Below, piece after piece: positions 60,622 to 64,000 of a stretch of 64,000 nt of DNA; position 1 is the stretch's first letter, and each line of letters begins with the position of its first letter. The notes beneath the pieces were generated by a model, which saw nothing but the letters and a program-made list of their open reading frames with translations, did not search any database and was not told where the DNA came from. The translations under genes were made by a program, and so were the position numbers. The stretch comes from Macrostomum lignano. Its lineage: Eukaryota. The DNA lies in assembly GCA_002269645.1 (NCBI GenBank), contig NIVC01000462.1, positions 339,516 to 403,515 on the forward strand. The letters run 5' to 3'.

Positions 60622-62584
60622 ACGATCAGATCGGAGAGCTGATTGCAGATGTGAAAATTGACTGCAGAAGCGGAGGGTGACGTTTGATTCTGGGTGTGGA
60701 GGGTGATTGTAGATGCTGTCCTAAAGTCATCCGTCAATATTCGCTATTATATTTGCATATTTAATGATAGTTTATTAACACTATTTATTACTATTTGTTA
60801 ACAAAACGAAGCTTAACGCCATATATTATCATGTTCTAGTAAACTGTGGCAAATAGTTTCATTCGCATAAATATTACTAGATTTCTGCATGTAAGTCTTG
60901 CGATGCGAGAAAACACGAACATTGGATGCTTTTGTGTGGCAGAAAAGGGCAGGTGGCAGCAGATAGAAGTTCCCGATTTAGCCATCTGTTTGGACTAGAA
61001 ATTATCTTGATTTTGAATAGACGTTTTCTCCTCGGAAAATTTTCGTGATTAACTATTCTCTTATTCGTTTGTCGCCCCTCTCAAAGCAGAATAGTTAGGG
61101 TAATTAAACACATCGGAAAAACACAGAGGCAGTTTGGCTTGATTGTCTAGCTCTCAAACGACGGAGGCAGTTGTTGAAGTCTGCCTTTTTTGCCTATTTG
61201 GTTCTTTTTTCCTCGGTGATTTGACGATGAAATCAAGGCTTCGGCGAAAAAGCGAACGGCAATTTAGGATTTGGAGGTGGAAAGATTTTGCATGATAATA
61301 AAGCAAAATTTACATCGGAGGCAGGTGCGACAAAGAAGCAAACGGTGAAGACAACATTACAGCATCTGTGTGCGCGCGCGGAAACTGCAGCACGTCAAAG
61401 GAACTGAACGATATCAAAATCATCTCAGAAGGAGCAGTGCGCGCACGGGAGGTTGAGTTCAGTTGAAAACAGCTCACCGAATTTCACGTCTAGCTCGTGC
61501 GTTCTTCGAACTGATGTTATTCGAACTTGTAAAACAGCTTAATCAATCGATTTGCCGTAATGAAACGACGATTTTGGAATTTTAGAACAACAGATTAAAG
61601 GTGCGCACAAACTGAAAAATACATTGTGTAAATTTTTTGCAGTATCAGTCAATATATGCGTGGATTAGGGACAAATCGGTATCTAATGACGTCAGAAGCA
61701 CTCCAGTACGGCACGATTATAATAAAGAAGCGCACAGCAAAGTAAAAATATTTCGTTATAAAACGAAAAAAAATGCTCACAAAACAACTCCACTCATAGA
61801 CACAACATGAAGACCAAAGAGGAAATTACGCAAACTTACAATGCGAACAACTGAGGGCGATATAGTTTGTACGTTAGAAGTACGTACTAAAATATTGTAG
61901 AACAATTTTCGTCACAAAAATACGGTAATCTAGATGCCTAGATTCTGGTTGAACTTCCTTCTTCTAACTGTATCCCATCTGTAATACGCTAATTCACAGA
62001 GATTCGTCTGCTGGCTTCAGTTTTTGCTATTTGAAAGGTTTTGTGACGAAATTTGCTCCTGTGGAGTCCAATGAACAGCTGATGCAGAAGGACGCTGCAT
62101 TCGAAAATCTCAAATTAATCGAGCACGTGTTCCGTTCGGTCAGTTATGCTGCTAAGTTTATATAGAGAAAATGTTTTTTTAAACAGATTTTGAGAAGATT
62201 TGCTTTTTTGCATGAGCACTAAATGGGGCTTCCCGATGGGACAAATTAGGGATGAAAAAATCTGTATAGAAAAAAACACACTGAAAGAGACAGGAGCAGC
62301 TGAAACTTTGGTTGTTTGCCGGTCTCCGATGGCATTTCAGGAAGAAAAATACCTTGATAAAATTGTGAGGTTTTTGAGCGAGTTTTGAGTGCAGCGTCCT
62401 TGAACTTCAGTTGTCCATGTAGCGTTTTTATACCAGAGCAAAAAGTAGGGAAAGGACTGTTTTGCAAAAAGATCACAAAAAAACGTGAGCCACTCAGGCG
62501 CAGGGCTCTCCAGCATCCTGGTCGGAGGATGAAGCTGGCGACAGCTCAGACAGGCTGTAGTTGGCTACAGCCAACTAGCTGATT

Positions 62585-63621
62585 TTAGCGCGACGCTTTG
62601 GAGACCGCGGGACTGGCAGCAGCAGCTGCAGCCTCCCGGAACTGCCCACCATCATTGCTGATGTCGGGCCTGAGGTGCAACAGCTGGCTGCGTTGCTCGG
62701 TCAGGTTCTGCTTGCGCCACTTAATACGGCGATTCTGCGGGGATCAGGTAGAAGAGCTGATGACTCAAATTCCCGAAGTGTTCTGCCAAGTAGCTTAATC
62801 TCCTACTTGAAGATTTTGAACAGGTTTTAAACTCGATGGAATTTGTGGAAATTTGAGTGCTCATCCCGCCGACCCCCCGCCGCCTGAGGACGCACAGGCT
62901 CTCACAATCGCAGATCTATCTATCCCTAGATGGGCTCCGACCATAGACTGTAGCTTCTGCCGCTCTCAATAATCAGCAGCAGCTGTTGTCTATGGCCCAA
63001 ACCCAGGGGGGCCGTAGCCCAGCGGTAGCGCAGCTGCTCTGGTGTGCCAGCGACCCAAGCTCGATTCCAAGTGCAGTCAAATTAATTTGGGGCTGAATTG
63101 GAATCTCGGCTTGGCTCTGCTCGTGCAATTAACGGCCTTGAGAGCCAACCCCCCAAGGCGCAGTGAAGTGTACATGCCTAACGATAATATAAAGTTAGGG
63201 CCGCTGTACACTCCTGTGTGAGTGTGTGCCTGCGTACGTATCCGCGCGCTTGTATGCCTGCTCAGGGGAGTCGGTGGAATGGGCAGTAATGCCTCTCGCC
63301 AGTTGTGTGCCAATGTCGCTTAAAGTGCGCCAGGGTGCACACAACCCCCCTGCCTCTAATAAAAAAATGGCCCAAACCCCGTGGTTTTCGGGGCCTCGGA
63401 GCCAGCATCTGCCCCCAACATTCATTAATTAGCACTTACCTGGAACCACACCTTCACCTGGGCCTCGGTGAGATCTAGCTCCGCAGCCAGGTAGAACCGC
63501 TCCGAGCCAACCATATACTGCTGCCTCTCGAACTCAGCCTCGAGTCGTTCAAGCTGGTCAGGTGTAAAAATGGTGCGGATTCGCTTGCTTCTACCTGTAG
63601 GCTGGTGCTGCAGCTGCAAAC
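62585..63621 (-). CDS. Not: Not-class (floating head/Noto) homeobox gene, 3' exons 63621-63440 and 62734-62585; N-terminal exon(s) unresolved or outside the window
   Basis: Homeodomain [49 protein letters not shown]|NRRIKWRKQ, with the intron at WFQ|[12 protein letters not shown] and RRIKWRKQ are Not-type rather than Emx/Vax. Confidence 0.9.
63006..63367 (+). mobile_element. tRNA-derived SINE (family B) in the homeobox intron
   Basis: GGGGGGCCGTAGCCCAGCGGTAG A-box head, GCTCGATTCC B-box-like motif, A-rich tail; homologous to 56065-56340. Confidence 0.7.
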
Positions 63622-64000
63622 CTGGTTGTTGATTGGAAAAGCAGGGGTAATGGCAATTCATGTTTTGACGAGCAGGTGTTGAATAAACAAACGACGATTA
63701 TTATCTTAAAGAGACCAATTTTTTTCTGCTCCTGTGCAATTGGAGCCACAGCTATTGTGTGCCTGAGCGATGGGCCACTGCAATTTCTGTTATTGAATGC
63801 AATGACCGAAAAAATTACAGAAATTATCTAAAAATATACCGCTCAGACACCTATCGTGCAATCATGTAGCTATCTAGAGAAATTCTAAAACATCCGAGTC
63901 ACCGGAGAAAGAGCTGGCGCGACTTTAAGACTGCGGATGGTTTCCTTCGCTGGCACATGGCGATATCCGCGGACAACCAAAGTAGAGGTAGTGGTGTTCG

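Noticed and set aside
63006-63075. tRNA gene
   Set aside because: A/B boxes are present but there is no complete cloverleaf, and the sequence continues into a repeated SINE body; the same applies to the heads at 44.1 and 55.6 kb.
63903-64000. Possible upstream exon of the Not gene ending CCG|GTGACT
   Set aside because: The frame needed for the phase-1 acceptor at 63621 contains TAA; other frames need weaker alternative acceptors, and the window edge prevents resolution.

Overview
Eukaryotic (animal) genomic DNA. GC-rich exons, poly-Q/poly-A tracts and tandem-repeat-filled introns resemble a free-living flatworm such as Macrostomum, but this is an inference and was not verified. Six spliced protein-coding genes were reconstructed by hand from splice sites and frame continuity: a PAP2/PLPP lipid phosphate phosphatase (-), RNF25/AO7 RWD-RING ligase (-), Axin (+), Tob (-), an aromatic L-amino-acid decarboxylase of the DDC type (+) and the 3' part of a Not-class homeobox gene (-). 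About 20 unrelated micro/minisatellite arrays (roughly 17 kb, about a quarter of the window) fill introns and intergenic spaces and explain most long ORFs in the track. An AT-rich block (about 9.7-18.5 kb) holds decayed DNA transposons: EnSpm/CACTA-like, hAT-like, a foldback element and a MITE. Two tRNA-derived SINE families and an RTE-type LINE tail occur downstream. The most unusual observation is that the RQDQS coding repeat of RNF25 reads on the other strand as about 19 TCF/LEF cores, many followed by Helper-like GC motifs, and RNF25 sits head-to-head with Axin, whose promoter and intron 1 also carry TCF+Helper pairs. Other points: Axin has no Arg-containing tankyrase motif and has a candidate microexon, Tob lacks PAM2, and the DDC has a mixed DDC/HDC pocket signature. 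No CRISPR, rRNA or true tRNA genes were found.
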